From an uncultured virus (IMG/VR IMGVR_UViG_3300030329_003775) (taxonomy: Duplodnaviria; Heunggongvirae; Uroviricota; Caudoviricetes), in the IMG/VR virus record IMGVR_UViG_3300030329_003775: a stretch of 64,000 bases of DNA; one strand, written 5' to 3'. Every line of letters begins with the position of its first letter. The first letter of the stretch is position 1. A program made the position numbers and the translations under genes. Below are positions 1 to 9,547 of the stretch, piece after piece. The notes under the pieces were generated by a model. It was given only the letters and a program-made list of their open reading frames with translations, did no database searches and had not been told where the DNA came from.

Positions 1-2917
1 TTACGGAGTTGGCAGCGGATACCCGATGGTAGTTGGAGCTAGTACCAAGCTGGCGGGGGAGACTCCCACATACTACCAGCCCTTGGATGGGCACATTGCC
101 GATGTCCACTTCGTCGATGGAGAGGCAAAAACCCCCAGCGACTTTGCCGAGACGGACAGCAATGGACAATGGGTTCCGAAAGATGCAGGGCTTTCAGCGA
201 CTGACTATGGCACGAACGGATTCCACCTCCCGTTCAGCAACACAGCCGGTGCAACGACTTTTTCTGACAGCAGTTCATCGCCGCACACCATCACTGTCCA
301 TGGCACGGTCAGTCACTCCCGCGCCGTGAAGAAGGTCGGTAATAGCTCTATCTACCAAGATAACGAGGACGATGCCAATGGATACGAAAACTATATTTCC
401 ATAGCCGACTCCAATGATTGGGACATCTCGGGAGACTATACTTGCGAGGGTTGGTTCAATATCGAAACAATGCCGACAAACTCCGGAGCGAAGGGCATTG
501 GCTTTTTTTCACAGTGGAGTACCAGCGGGCAGGAGTGGGGATTGTTGTGGTCGGCTGAATCAAATAGGTTTTACTTATATGATCCAAGCGGCGGCGATAC
601 TTCTTCCGAGCCTGGCTGGGGCTTTAGCTTTTCAGCAGATACTTGGTATCACATAGCACTGGTTATAAAGTATAACACGTCAACCAGCAATTGGACTACT
701 ACTTTATACGTTAACGGCAAGTATATTAACAGTACCAATGGCTTATCTTACGGCTCGTCGTCTGGTACATTGTACATTGGGAGCTTGGATGAAGGTCCAT
801 CTTACTATTACCGCCTCGGTGGGTACATGGACGAAATCCGCATTAGCGATACACAGCGTTACCACGGAACCAACACCTCTGAGTGGGGAAATTATCTTGG
901 AAGTTCTGGGACAAACTCATGGGATTATTCATCGACGGCCCCGTCTTATGGCGATGACTCCAGCACTTTACTTTTAATTCACTCCGACTGGGGCGGCGGT
1001 CTCGGCGGGGACAGCAGTGGGAACAGTAACGACTTCACGGCAACCAATCTGGGTAGCCACGACCAGACGCTGGATTCACCCAACAACAATTTCGCCACCT
1101 TCAACCCACTGTTCGTAAGCAGCGGAGCTACCCTGGCTGAAGGTAATCTCGCGTTGACTACGGCAACTTCGGGATACGGAATGTGCTACTCCACGATTGC
1201 GATGGGAGAATCGGGCGATACCCAGAAGTATTATGCTGAATTTTATGTGTCCGGCGATGATGGGGCTGTCATTGGGATGGGTACAGGTAAGGCACACGAT
1301 TATAGTCACTTTGGGAATAATAGCGAGTCGTGGGTGTACTACGAGCAAGATGGCTCACTTAGATGGGGGTCGTGGTCGTCAATCTCAGGGAACAGTACCT
1401 ATGCCACTGGTGATGTTATCGGAGTCCTGTATGATGCTAGTGCTAACACCATAACATTCTACAAGAATGGAACTGCCCAATCATACGGTTTCTCGTCAAC
1501 CCAGAATCTGGACACCAAGAAGCCGTTATTTTTTGTAATGTCCGATTCGGCATCGGCATCGGGTTCTGGTGCAGGTGTAATAGCAAACTTCGGCCAAGAC
1601 CATACTTTCTCTGGCAGCAAAACTGCATTGAGTTCGCCCTACACAGATTCGGGGGGCATCGGTGAGTTCTGGGGTGACGGCACTACGGGATGGACTCTCC
1701 CCAGCGGGGCAAGAGCCCTCTGCACCGCCAACCTTCCCACTCCCGGCATCAACAATTTACTATCCAGCGAGCAGTCCTTTAAACCCATCATCTGGACGGG
1801 GGAGAGTGATGCAAACGGAGACCCAACTAACCCAAGGACTCACACGATTGGATTTCAGCCTGACTTGGTTTGGTCGAAAGCCAGACCAACCTCTCACTCC
1901 CACAGGCTCGTGGACTCGGTGCGCGGGACGCATAAGGTTCTCTACTCGGACGCCGAGTGGGACGAATATGCGGATGACGTCGGAGGCGACGTTCACACTT
2001 TTACCAGCACGGGCTTCACCACTTATGGAACAACAGACAATGGCAACCTGAATTACGTCGGCAGGAACTTCGCTGCATGGTGCTGGAAAGCTGGGACAGG
2101 GTTCTCGTCCACAAACGGGAGCGACACTACCTCTGGCTCGAAGAATGCAGCCGCAGGATTTAGTATAGTTACATGGGACGGCAGTGAGTTTAGCACCAGT
2201 GCGCCCTATTCGTATCCAGAGGGACTCACACAGGACATTTACCACGGCCTTGGCGCGGCCCCTGAATTGATTATAGCGAAACCCCGCACCAGCAACGAGC
2301 TCAGTTGGACGGGGCAATCAGTCCAGATGGGATGGGTGACTTACCATAAAGACCTATCCGGCAGTAACTACATAACGCTTCTGAATGAAAACTGGAATGA
2401 AATGGACACCTCTGGCTATGGGTCTGGGTCGGATTACCCCCCCATATCGAGCGTCGGGAATACCACCTTCACCGTACAGAACACCTACGATGGTGGGTAT
2501 TATTACTACCTAAATTTTGGCGACGATCAGGCGGGGTCTTATACCGGCGATAGTTATGTAGCCTATTGTTTTCGTAGCATTCCCGGATATTCCAAAGTGG
2601 GAACTTACGAGGGATCGTCAGACGGCCCAATGGTGACGTTGGGCTTTTCTCCAAAATTCATAATGGTGAAGAACATAGACGACTCCTACGGCTGGGTCAT
2701 GCTCGACAGTGCGCGAAATGCGTATAACGCGGTAGACCGCGACCTCATGGCAGACAGCAATTCGGATGAGTATCAGGACGCGACATACTCGCACTTCACA
2801 GATTTCAACTCCAACGGGTTTAAAATCAGAAACTCACAATCAGCTATGAACTCAAGTGGGGACACCTATATTTATTACGCCGTGGGCGACCCCTTTAGAT
2901 TCTCAACCGCGAGGTAA
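1..2917 (+). CDS. Tail fibre / receptor-binding protein with LamG (concanavalin-like) and SPRY-like domains; probably 5'-truncated by the window edge
   Basis: Gly/Ser/Thr/aromatic-rich ORF. LamG motifs (DYTCEGW, WYHIALV, GYMDEIRIS), SPRY-like motif (GDVIGVLYD), and a C-terminal segment typical of aquatic phage fibres (FQPDLVW, YVAYCF, GYSKVGTY). Confidence 0.8.
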   Translation, partial: YGVGSGYPMVVGASTKLAGETPTYYQPLDGHIADVHFVDGEAKTPSDFAETDSNGQWVPKDAGLSATDYGTNGFHLPFSNTAGATTFSDSSSSPHTITVHGTVSHSRAVKKVGNSSIYQDNEDDANGYENYISIADSNDWDISGDYTCEGWFNIETMPTNSGAKGIGFFSQWSTSGQEWGLLWSAESNRFYLYDPSGGDTSSEPGWGFSFSADTWYHIALVIKYNTSTSNWTTTLYVNGKYINSTNGLSYGSSSGTLYIGSLDEGPSYYYRLGGYMDEIRISDTQRYHGTNTSEWGNYLGSSGTNSWDYSSTAPSYGDDSSTLLLIHSDWGGGLGGDSSGNSNDFTATNLGSHDQTLDSPNNNFATFNPLFVSSGATLAEGNLALTTATSGYGMCYSTIAMGESGDTQKYYAEFYVSGDDGAVIGMGTGKAHDYSHFGNNSESWVYYEQDGSLRWGSWSSISGNSTYATGDVIGVLYDASANTITFYKNGTAQSYGFSSTQNLDTKKPLFFVMSDSASASGSGAGVIANFGQDHTFSGSKTALSSPYTDSGGIGEFWGDGTTGWTLPSGARALCTANLPTPGINNLLSSEQSFKPIIWTGESDANGDPTNPRTHTIGFQPDLVWSKARPTSHSHRLVDSVRGTHKVLYSDAEWDEYADDVGGDVHTFTSTGFTTYGTTDNGNLNYVGRNFAAWCWKAGTGFSSTNGSDTTSGSKNAAAGFSIVTWDGSEFSTSAPYSYPEGLTQDIYHGLGAAPELIIAKPRTSNELSWTGQSVQMGWVTYHKDLSGSNYITLLNENWNEMDTSGYGSGSDYPPISSVGNTTFTVQNTYDGGYYYYLNFGDDQAGSYTGDSYVAYCFRSIPGYSKVGTYEGSSDGPMVTLGFSPKFIMVKNIDDSYGWVMLDSARNAYNAVDRDLMADSNSDEYQDATYSHFTDFNSNGFKIRNSQSAMNSSGDTYIYYAVGDPFRFSTAR

Positions 2918-2921
2918 AATT

Positions 2922-3479
2922 ATGCCATATATTTGGGAAAAAACAGGAATTAGCCAGCCGCTGAACCAGGCGTTCACGCGCAACGGAGTCCAGTACGGGC
3001 GTTCATGGATAATTAGCGCATCAGAGGAGGAGCGCACCGCTATCGGGCTGGAGTGGATAGACGATGATCGCCCCCGTAAGGACGAGCGATACTACCGTGT
3101 CAGCGGAGGGCGCGGGGACTGGACAGTGACCCCGATAGACCTTGACGACGCAAAGGCCAGCGACATCGCGCACGTCAAGAAGAACGCAGCGGCTCGCCTC
3201 GCCCCCACGGACTGGTTGGTAGTCCGCAAGATGGAGTCTGGGGCGGCAATCCCCGACGACATCACTGAGTTCCGTGCCGCTACCCGCGCCTATTCAAACA
3301 CCGCCGAGGCCGCTATCAATGCTTGCGAGGATGTGGATGCCTTGGCTGCGCTGAAGACGGAATGGCCGAAGTCGCTAGAGGAACTAAAGCGGGATGCTGA
3401 AATGGAAGCGGCAAGGGCTGAGGCAGAAGCAAGGGCAAAGGCTAAAGAGGAAGAGAGGGCTGCGGGGGGTGAGTCCTGA
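2922..3479 (+). CDS. Tail fibre assembly/chaperone-like protein
   Basis: Directly follows the fibre gene; LAPTDWLVVR...YRAA-type motif; ATG at 2922 preceded by GAGG. Confidence 0.6.
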   Translation: MPYIWEKTGISQPLNQAFTRNGVQYGRSWIISASEEERTAIGLEWIDDDRPRKDERYYRVSGGRGDWTVTPIDLDDAKASDIAHVKKNAAARLAPTDWLVVRKMESGAAIPDDITEFRAATRAYSNTAEAAINACEDVDALAALKTEWPKSLEELKRDAEMEAARAEAEARAKAKEEERAAGGES

Positions 3480-3485
3480 TGAGTT

Positions 3486-3692
3486 ATGAGGGTTCTCCCT
3501 TCAAAGGAAGAGGTCCGCAGGCGCACCATCCCCGTATGCATTATGGTTATCTCCATGTCTTATCTCTGGTTCTACCGGGAATGCTGCCACATATGGAAAC
3601 ACAAACATGATGAATTCATGGAGACTGCTCGATTTAATGATTTAGACGGAGACGGAATATCAAACGTGATCGTCTACTATAAAAACAAATAA
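3486..3692 (+). CDS. Hypothetical protein
   Basis: ORF fills the gap in the operon; start uncertain. Confidence 0.35.
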   Translation: MRVLPSKEEVRRRTIPVCIMVISMSYLWFYRECCHIWKHKHDEFMETARFNDLDGDGISNVIVYYKNK

Positions 3693-3705
3693 CCCCCCCC
3701 TTATA

Positions 3706-3858
3706 ATGGAAAAAGAACAAGCACTGTTAGTATTGGTTAACGCGGCGCACCAAGCCAAGCTGAGCTACAGCGATCACATTACGATTGAGCAAGCAAAAGC
3801 CGTATTGGCTAAAGCCCTTGATGTCGATAAAAAGGAAGAGGGGGATGGCGAGGTTTAG
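3706..3858 (+). CDS. Small hypothetical protein (50 aa, MEKEQALLVLVNAAHQ...), not in the ORF track
   Basis: Manually translated; overlaps the start of the next gene. Confidence 0.5.
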   Translation: MEKEQALLVLVNAAHQAKLSYSDHITIEQAKAVLAKALDVDKKEEGDGEV

Positions 3859-5827
3859 TAACATTTCATATTCCCCGGTGGATGGCGGGCGGCTAATGTC
3901 GCGGGCATCTGACTCCGTTGCTGGTGCGGCAAACTACTCAGTCAAGAGGGACTGGCGCAGGAATCTAGACCATGAGCAGCGCCGTGAAGGCTACGATTAC
4001 TTTGGAGACTTCTCTGGCCTTGCCGTAGGGACCCAGCCATTCCCGTCAACTGAGGAGATCACCTTGGTGCATATGGTGAGGTCACCAACAGGGAAGACCA
4101 TGGTGGTTGTTGGAACCAAGAGCGCCCTCCATGTTTTCAACGCCTTGGAGTACGAGTACGTCCTTGACCCAAGCGCCTCAAATAACCCTTACGTGGATGG
4201 AGTTGGGCTTGACCCATACTTCTCCTACCTCGAGTGGCAAACAATTGGCAGCGGCTACTCGGCAGACGGGAGGCGCTGGGAGGCTGCAAACGTAAACGGG
4301 TACACTGTCTTCAATAATGGTGTAGATCTCCCGGTTGTCTGGCGGATTGGCTGGACAGCCGTGAAATCCCTTACAGAGCTGCGCGACCTTGGTGTGGCCA
4401 GTGTTGGGACAATATCAGCCTTTGGAAACGTGATGATGCTGGGAGACATTAGGGAAATTCCCACCGCAAATCATACAACCTGGATGAACGGGTCAACCCC
4501 GTATGGCTCATATCCGGCTGGGCAGTCCATTGACAGGTATCAATACAGGCTTCTGTGGTCATCCATAAACAACCCTGCGGAGTACGGCGTTGTGGTCAAC
4601 AGCTCGTCCACGGCAAACAGCGTCACGCTGACAATGGATTTTCCCTCAGAGTCCTTCAAGGTTGGGGATGACATCATTATCGCGGGTGCAGGCACAGCCG
4701 GAGGCAACCTGACCACAAAGGTTTCCAATATATCTGGAACCACATTGACCATGCAGGACCCTGCCGTCACGACAACCACGTCGGCGCTGCTCCAGAAGCT
4801 TTCCTCGCTCGGCTCTATAACAGGCTATGATGACCTTGAAGATGATGCATCAGGGATATTGAAGATGGGCGAACTAGGGGGGCAGTTGGTGATCTACAAG
4901 GACACCTCCAATTTTCTTGCGCGATACACTGGAACCATCAGTGTTCCATTCCAGTTCGAGAGGCTGCCTATAACTCCGGGAGCCACTCTCTACTACAAGA
5001 ACACCTTGGAGATTGTTGATGGGCAGTACCACATATACGCCGGAAGGAATGCTTTCTATAAGTTTGATATACGCAACCGCCAGCCCAAGGAGGTCGGGAT
5101 GCTGGACCTGTGCTCTGACTTAATGTTCGGGGATGCAGGCGTAAACATATCAACTACTGACTCAATATTTTCAGCCCATAACGCAAGCACCAAGGAGGTG
5201 TGGTTTTGCTTCCCCGGCGAGGGATCTGACAGGGCCCTGTGCTACGACTACAGGTATGACACCGTGTCCACAACCAGCATGAAGGTGACTGCTGCGGCCA
5301 CCGTAAAGAGGCCCACCCTCAACATAGTCCCAGTGGAAACTGAGGACTGGTTTGTGATGGGAAACTCTGAAGGCACTGTCCTTATCTACGGCCTTGTGGA
5401 CAAGGCCCTCAGTGAATGGGGGAACAAGACATCCATTTTTTACAGGCGGGACGACAGAACCAACACCACGGACACCGATCCCTACGTCAGTACTTTATCC
5501 TCAGGGCTATCAAATTTTGGTGATAACTTTAACGAGAAGGATATTCGCAGCTACATGCTGTACCTGTCCAGTGAGCAGGACTCGCTAACCTCTTTGGGTA
5601 TACGAGTCAAGCTGTATGGGGCCGAGACACAAACAGGCACCCAGGTTCTCTTGGCAAACCATCAAATTGATGAGCCAAACGAGAACCTAGTCAGCTTGTT
5701 TGGGCGTCACCACAACTTCAAGGATGAGGTAATTGTTGAGGGCAAGGATAACTCTGTCGCCATTGCCGCAAGAATGTTTGAGTTGTCCAAGGTAAACTCC
5801 AAGAGCGCAATAAGAAGGGATGATTAA
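3845..5827 (+). CDS. Tail nozzle / packaged-DNA stabilisation protein (P22 gp10-like beta-propeller)
   Basis: Beta-rich ~660 aa; RLLWSSINNP and KEVWFCFP...YDY motifs; position in a podoviral tail module. Confidence 0.65.
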   Translation: MARFSNISYSPVDGGRLMSRASDSVAGAANYSVKRDWRRNLDHEQRREGYDYFGDFSGLAVGTQPFPSTEEITLVHMVRSPTGKTMVVVGTKSALHVFNALEYEYVLDPSASNNPYVDGVGLDPYFSYLEWQTIGSGYSADGRRWEAANVNGYTVFNNGVDLPVVWRIGWTAVKSLTELRDLGVASVGTISAFGNVMMLGDIREIPTANHTTWMNGSTPYGSYPAGQSIDRYQYRLLWSSINNPAEYGVVVNSSSTANSVTLTMDFPSESFKVGDDIIIAGAGTAGGNLTTKVSNISGTTLTMQDPAVTTTTSALLQKLSSLGSITGYDDLEDDASGILKMGELGGQLVIYKDTSNFLARYTGTISVPFQFERLPITPGATLYYKNTLEIVDGQYHIYAGRNAFYKFDIRNRQPKEVGMLDLCSDLMFGDAGVNISTTDSIFSAHNASTKEVWFCFPGEGSDRALCYDYRYDTVSTTSMKVTAAATVKRPTLNIVPVETEDWFVMGNSEGTVLIYGLVDKALSEWGNKTSIFYRRDDRTNTTDTDPYVSTLSSGLSNFGDNFNEKDIRSYMLYLSSEQDSLTSLGIRVKLYGAETQTGTQVLLANHQIDEPNENLVSLFGRHHNFKDEVIVEGKDNSVAIAARMFELSKVNSKSAIRRDD

Positions 5828-6180
5828 TGGCTAATTACACCCGAAAACCCGGAAGGCTAAAAATAAATAGCGCAGGGGAGCTGCCTGAGTTACCGGCAAC
5901 CAGCAAGCAGGATCAGGCTTTTGATGACTGGTGGGAGGAAAGTCGCTCTGTTCTGAACAGGCAAAGAGAGGAAGCGGAAGATGAGGCCACCCCAACTTCA
6001 ATATACTTCGAGTCCGCTGATGAGTGGAAACATACACACGCTCTCGGAAGGTATCCAATTGCTCAGGTTGTTGATGGCACAGGCACCATAGTTTCTCCTC
6101 AGTCAATTAAGCACAATTCAGTTAATGAAATCACCGTGACTCACGCAACGGCGCTGGCCGGGACGCTGATCTTATACTAG
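5827..6180 (+). CDS. Small tail-associated protein
   Basis: TAATG-coupled to the upstream gene; HTHALGRYP beta-repeat motif seen in tail proteins. Confidence 0.5.
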   Translation: MANYTRKPGRLKINSAGELPELPATSKQDQAFDDWWEESRSVLNRQREEAEDEATPTSIYFESADEWKHTHALGRYPIAQVVDGTGTIVSPQSIKHNSVNEITVTHATALAGTLILY

Positions 6181-6211
6181 ACAAAACAACAAGATACCCT
6201 AAATTCAAGAT

Positions 6212-7336
6212 ATGGCTGCTAATCCTCCAACCATCGTAACCAGATTGGGCAAGACTGCTCCCCTGACGGCGCAGGAGATGGATGATAACCTCACCAACCT
6301 AAAGGCTTACTCACTGGCTGTAGAGACTGAGATTGCCAACGGAACTACAACATTTAGCGCGGATGCAATCTCCGGGGACTCTGTTGATGGCGGCACTATC
6401 TCCAACTTTGCCTCAACTGGAATCGACGACAATGCCGCTTCAACCGCTCTGACCATAGACTCAAGCGGTAACTCTACGTTTGGCGGGAATGTTATCCTCT
6501 CAACCGCCAGTGCCACAGTGGATGGGCGGGATCTTACGGCTGATGGGGCGGTACTGGATGCAGCCACTAACGCAAACACAGCGTCTACCATTGTTAAGAG
6601 GGATGGCAATGGGGACTTCTCGGCTGGCAAGGCCACAGCGGACCTTGTCGGTGATGTTTACGCCAGCAATGGGACTTCCTCAATTCTGGATAGTGGCACT
6701 AATGGCTCTGATGCAACCTTTACTGGGAACGTCACGGGGGACCTGACTGGTGCTGTCACGGCAACAGGAACTCTTTCCGATGGCGTCACTGCCACTACGC
6801 AGGGCGCTGGTGATAATTCAACCAAGGTAGCCACCACGGCCTATGTGGATGCCATAGAAATTTTTAGCTCTGGAATGATTATGCAGTTTGGTGGCTCCAC
6901 GGCCCCCACCGGATGGCTGATGTGTGACGGTGCCGCGAAGGACGCCTCGTCAGATTCCTCCCTTCAGCCGCTGTTTGATGTGATTGGTAATGCTTATGGC
7001 GGCAGCAACAATACTGATTTCAAGCTGCCAGACCTTAGGGGCAGGATGCCAGTTGGGGCCGGGACAGGGACCAACCTGACTGCTCGCACATTGGCGGCGG
7101 TTGGTGGTGCTGAGGAGCATTCCCTCACCGAGGCCGAGATGCCGCCACACACACACGAAACTTCTTTCCTGAACACAGACGCACCGTCCAACGGGCAAGG
7201 CTACCTTTGCGGATCTAACAACCAAACGGCGAATTACACCTACACCTCTGAATCTACTGGCGGCACCAACGGAACTGTCGAGGCCCACGAGAATATGCCC
7301 CCCTTCGTAGTGTTGAATTTCATTATCAAAATTTAA
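6212..7336 (+). CDS. Short tail fibre with tail-collar domain
   Basis: Tail-collar motif GMIMQFGGSTAPTGWLMCDG...FKLPDLRGR; C-terminal HENMPPFVVLNFIIK. Confidence 0.85.
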   Translation: MAANPPTIVTRLGKTAPLTAQEMDDNLTNLKAYSLAVETEIANGTTTFSADAISGDSVDGGTISNFASTGIDDNAASTALTIDSSGNSTFGGNVILSTASATVDGRDLTADGAVLDAATNANTASTIVKRDGNGDFSAGKATADLVGDVYASNGTSSILDSGTNGSDATFTGNVTGDLTGAVTATGTLSDGVTATTQGAGDNSTKVATTAYVDAIEIFSSGMIMQFGGSTAPTGWLMCDGAAKDASSDSSLQPLFDVIGNAYGGSNNTDFKLPDLRGRMPVGAGTGTNLTARTLAAVGGAEEHSLTEAEMPPHTHETSFLNTDAPSNGQGYLCGSNNQTANYTYTSESTGGTNGTVEAHENMPPFVVLNFIIKI

Positions 7337-7783
7337 ATGTACGAGCCTACATTAACCCAAGAACAAATATGGGAGCAGATGCAGGTTATCTGCGAAAAAG
7401 AGCCAAAAGCCTTGGAGTTTTACCAAGGCCTTTGTGATTCCGTGGCAACTTGGGATCACATTGAGGATGATGAGCCAGTCGATAAGGAGGCCGCAACAAG
7501 GGCCTTTAACTTCCTGCTGATTGACGCCCCGCTTAATGAGTTCTTTGTGAAGTACCGGGATAGCCTTGTGCCGGTCATCATGAATGCCATCTCCGCTTGG
7601 AGTTTTTCCAATGAAGAGGGGGCACCAAAGATCAAGGCATACGACGTTTATACTGAAGTGGCCTGCACAATCGCCCTCATATTGGGTGGGCGTCAGGCCG
7701 TGGAGCAACACATACCAGTCCTCCGGAGGATGCAGTGGCAGAACTGTCAGGAGGACGACCTAGTTGACGGAGGAAAGAAATAA
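7337..7783 (+). CDS. Conserved all-helical phage protein with an acidic WDHIEDDE motif
   Basis: ORF between the tail and ejection genes; Asp-rich motif. Confidence 0.6.
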   Translation: MYEPTLTQEQIWEQMQVICEKEPKALEFYQGLCDSVATWDHIEDDEPVDKEAATRAFNFLLIDAPLNEFFVKYRDSLVPVIMNAISAWSFSNEEGAPKIKAYDVYTEVACTIALILGGRQAVEQHIPVLRRMQWQNCQEDDLVDGGKK

Positions 7784-7784
7784 T

Positions 7785-9530
7785 ATGTTACCTGTACTTG
7801 GTGGAATAGCTGGCGCTGCTGCCGGAGCTGGAGGAGGGTTGGCGTCCTTGGGAATTGCCAAGGGCGCAGGTGCTGCTCTGGCGGGAGGAGCCTTAGGGAT
7901 GGGGCTGGGCAGCACACTCTCACAAGGCTTTAGTGAGAAGTCCATGGCTGAGCGGGAACGCGCAGAGAACGAGCGCCGTAACTGGATGAACCAGCAGGCA
8001 GCCCTTGATGCTCACCAGATGAATAATGAGGGGGTCATGACCCTCGCAAACCGTGGGTTTGAGCTCGGAAGCCTTAACCCTCTGCTGCAACAAGGATACC
8101 TCGGGACAGGATTAACGAACCAGTCAGTTGCTATAGGCATGGAGATGGCCGACAAGGCCCGTCAGGCTGAGGCTCTCAGGATTCAGATGAATGAGTGGGA
8201 GGCTTTGAACCCCAAGCCAGAGCCTGTCGTTCGCGTCAAAAAGGGCTTCCTTGGCTTTGGGGGTGGCTCCAGTCTTGACTATGGCCCGGTAAGGGATTGG
8301 GAGGCTAGGAGAGACTCTTTCATGCAGCCCCTTCAGCAGCAGGTTGCTGGTCTAAACTACGACACGCAGTCTCTTGGGTTGCAAAAACAGGCCATTGATC
8401 GAGGTGCCTTGATGGACATAAGCGAGTCCTACAAGCCTCTCTCTACCCTTGCTCAGGGCACAGCCGCTGGAATGTTTGATGGCAGCCTTTACGGCAGGGA
8501 GTTGGCCGCGACTCAGCCAGTGTGGGATGTGAGGGGCGAGCTTGACCCGATGAGGCGGTCTTACTTGCCGCAGCTTGAGAGCGCGGAGATGGCCATGACT
8601 GACCCGGCTCGCTTCAGGGACCTGCAGCAGTTGGCTATTGAAAGGGCTGAGGCTCTTCGTTCACCAGAGACAGCAGCCTTAAGGCTTGAGGCAGCTGACC
8701 CGGCTTACTTGGCAGGCATTCAGGATGCGCGAAGGCAGCAGGCGGATGCATATGAGACCTCGGCAAGGATGGCAGCCCAAAGGCAACTCGGGGCTCTCGG
8801 GGCCAACAGGGTTTATGGAGGCTCAAGCACTGCAACCAACCGCCTCATGGCAAACGTCATGAACCAAGCCCTGCAGAATGCTGCCGAGAAAAGACTCGCA
8901 AACCAGATCACCGCCGGGATGGAGAACGAAGAGGCCCGCAGGCAAATGGTGCAGCAGCAACTGCTTAATGTTCATGATGACGAAAAGGTTGAGCAGGCAC
9001 TCATTGGTGCGCAGCAGGCGAACGAGCAGCAACGGCTTCAGGCCCTTCGCGAAAATCAACAGTTCGCCCTGGCGGGGATTGGGCGCAGGCAGGATGTCGA
9101 TGCGCAGGGAATCACGGACCGCCTTGCGACAGCCGACGAGCAGCGCAAGCTGACACTGCAGAACGAGCTCAGAAAGATTGCCAACATCAATCTGCCCTTC
9201 GACATGCAGCGCCAGTCCATGCAGGCGCTCACCGCCCCGTCCCGCGAGTATGCAGGGCTTCAGCTCGCTGCCCTCCAGCCGCTTCAGTTTGGGCGCATAG
9301 GCCCCACCAACTTCCAGCCAGTATCAGAGCTTCCGTACCGGGCCACCCCGGACACAGGAATGGTACTTGGAACAGGCCTTGGCTCGATTGCAAAAAATAT
9401 TGGCGGGATATATGCGCAGAACCAGCAAAACGAGGAGATGAAAAACCTTCAGGACGCTGCGTTTAAGAATCAAAGAAAGCTTCAAAGGGACTACCTTGAT
9501 CGGCGGTTCCCTAACCCCCTTAATTCATAA
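7785..9530 (+). CDS. Internal virion / DNA ejection (pilot-like) protein
   Basis: Gly/Ala-rich hydrophobic N-terminus followed by Gln/Ala-rich coiled coil; GGAGG RBS before ATG 7785. Confidence 0.7.
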   Translation: MLPVLGGIAGAAAGAGGGLASLGIAKGAGAALAGGALGMGLGSTLSQGFSEKSMAERERAENERRNWMNQQAALDAHQMNNEGVMTLANRGFELGSLNPLLQQGYLGTGLTNQSVAIGMEMADKARQAEALRIQMNEWEALNPKPEPVVRVKKGFLGFGGGSSLDYGPVRDWEARRDSFMQPLQQQVAGLNYDTQSLGLQKQAIDRGALMDISESYKPLSTLAQGTAAGMFDGSLYGRELAATQPVWDVRGELDPMRRSYLPQLESAEMAMTDPARFRDLQQLAIERAEALRSPETAALRLEAADPAYLAGIQDARRQQADAYETSARMAAQRQLGALGANRVYGGSSTATNRLMANVMNQALQNAAEKRLANQITAGMENEEARRQMVQQQLLNVHDDEKVEQALIGAQQANEQQRLQALRENQQFALAGIGRRQDVDAQGITDRLATADEQRKLTLQNELRKIANINLPFDMQRQSMQALTAPSREYAGLQLAALQPLQFGRIGPTNFQPVSELPYRATPDTGMVLGTGLGSIAKNIGGIYAQNQQNEEMKNLQDAAFKNQRKLQRDYLDRRFPNPLNS

Positions 9531-9547
9531 TTAAAAGCGAGGACAAG

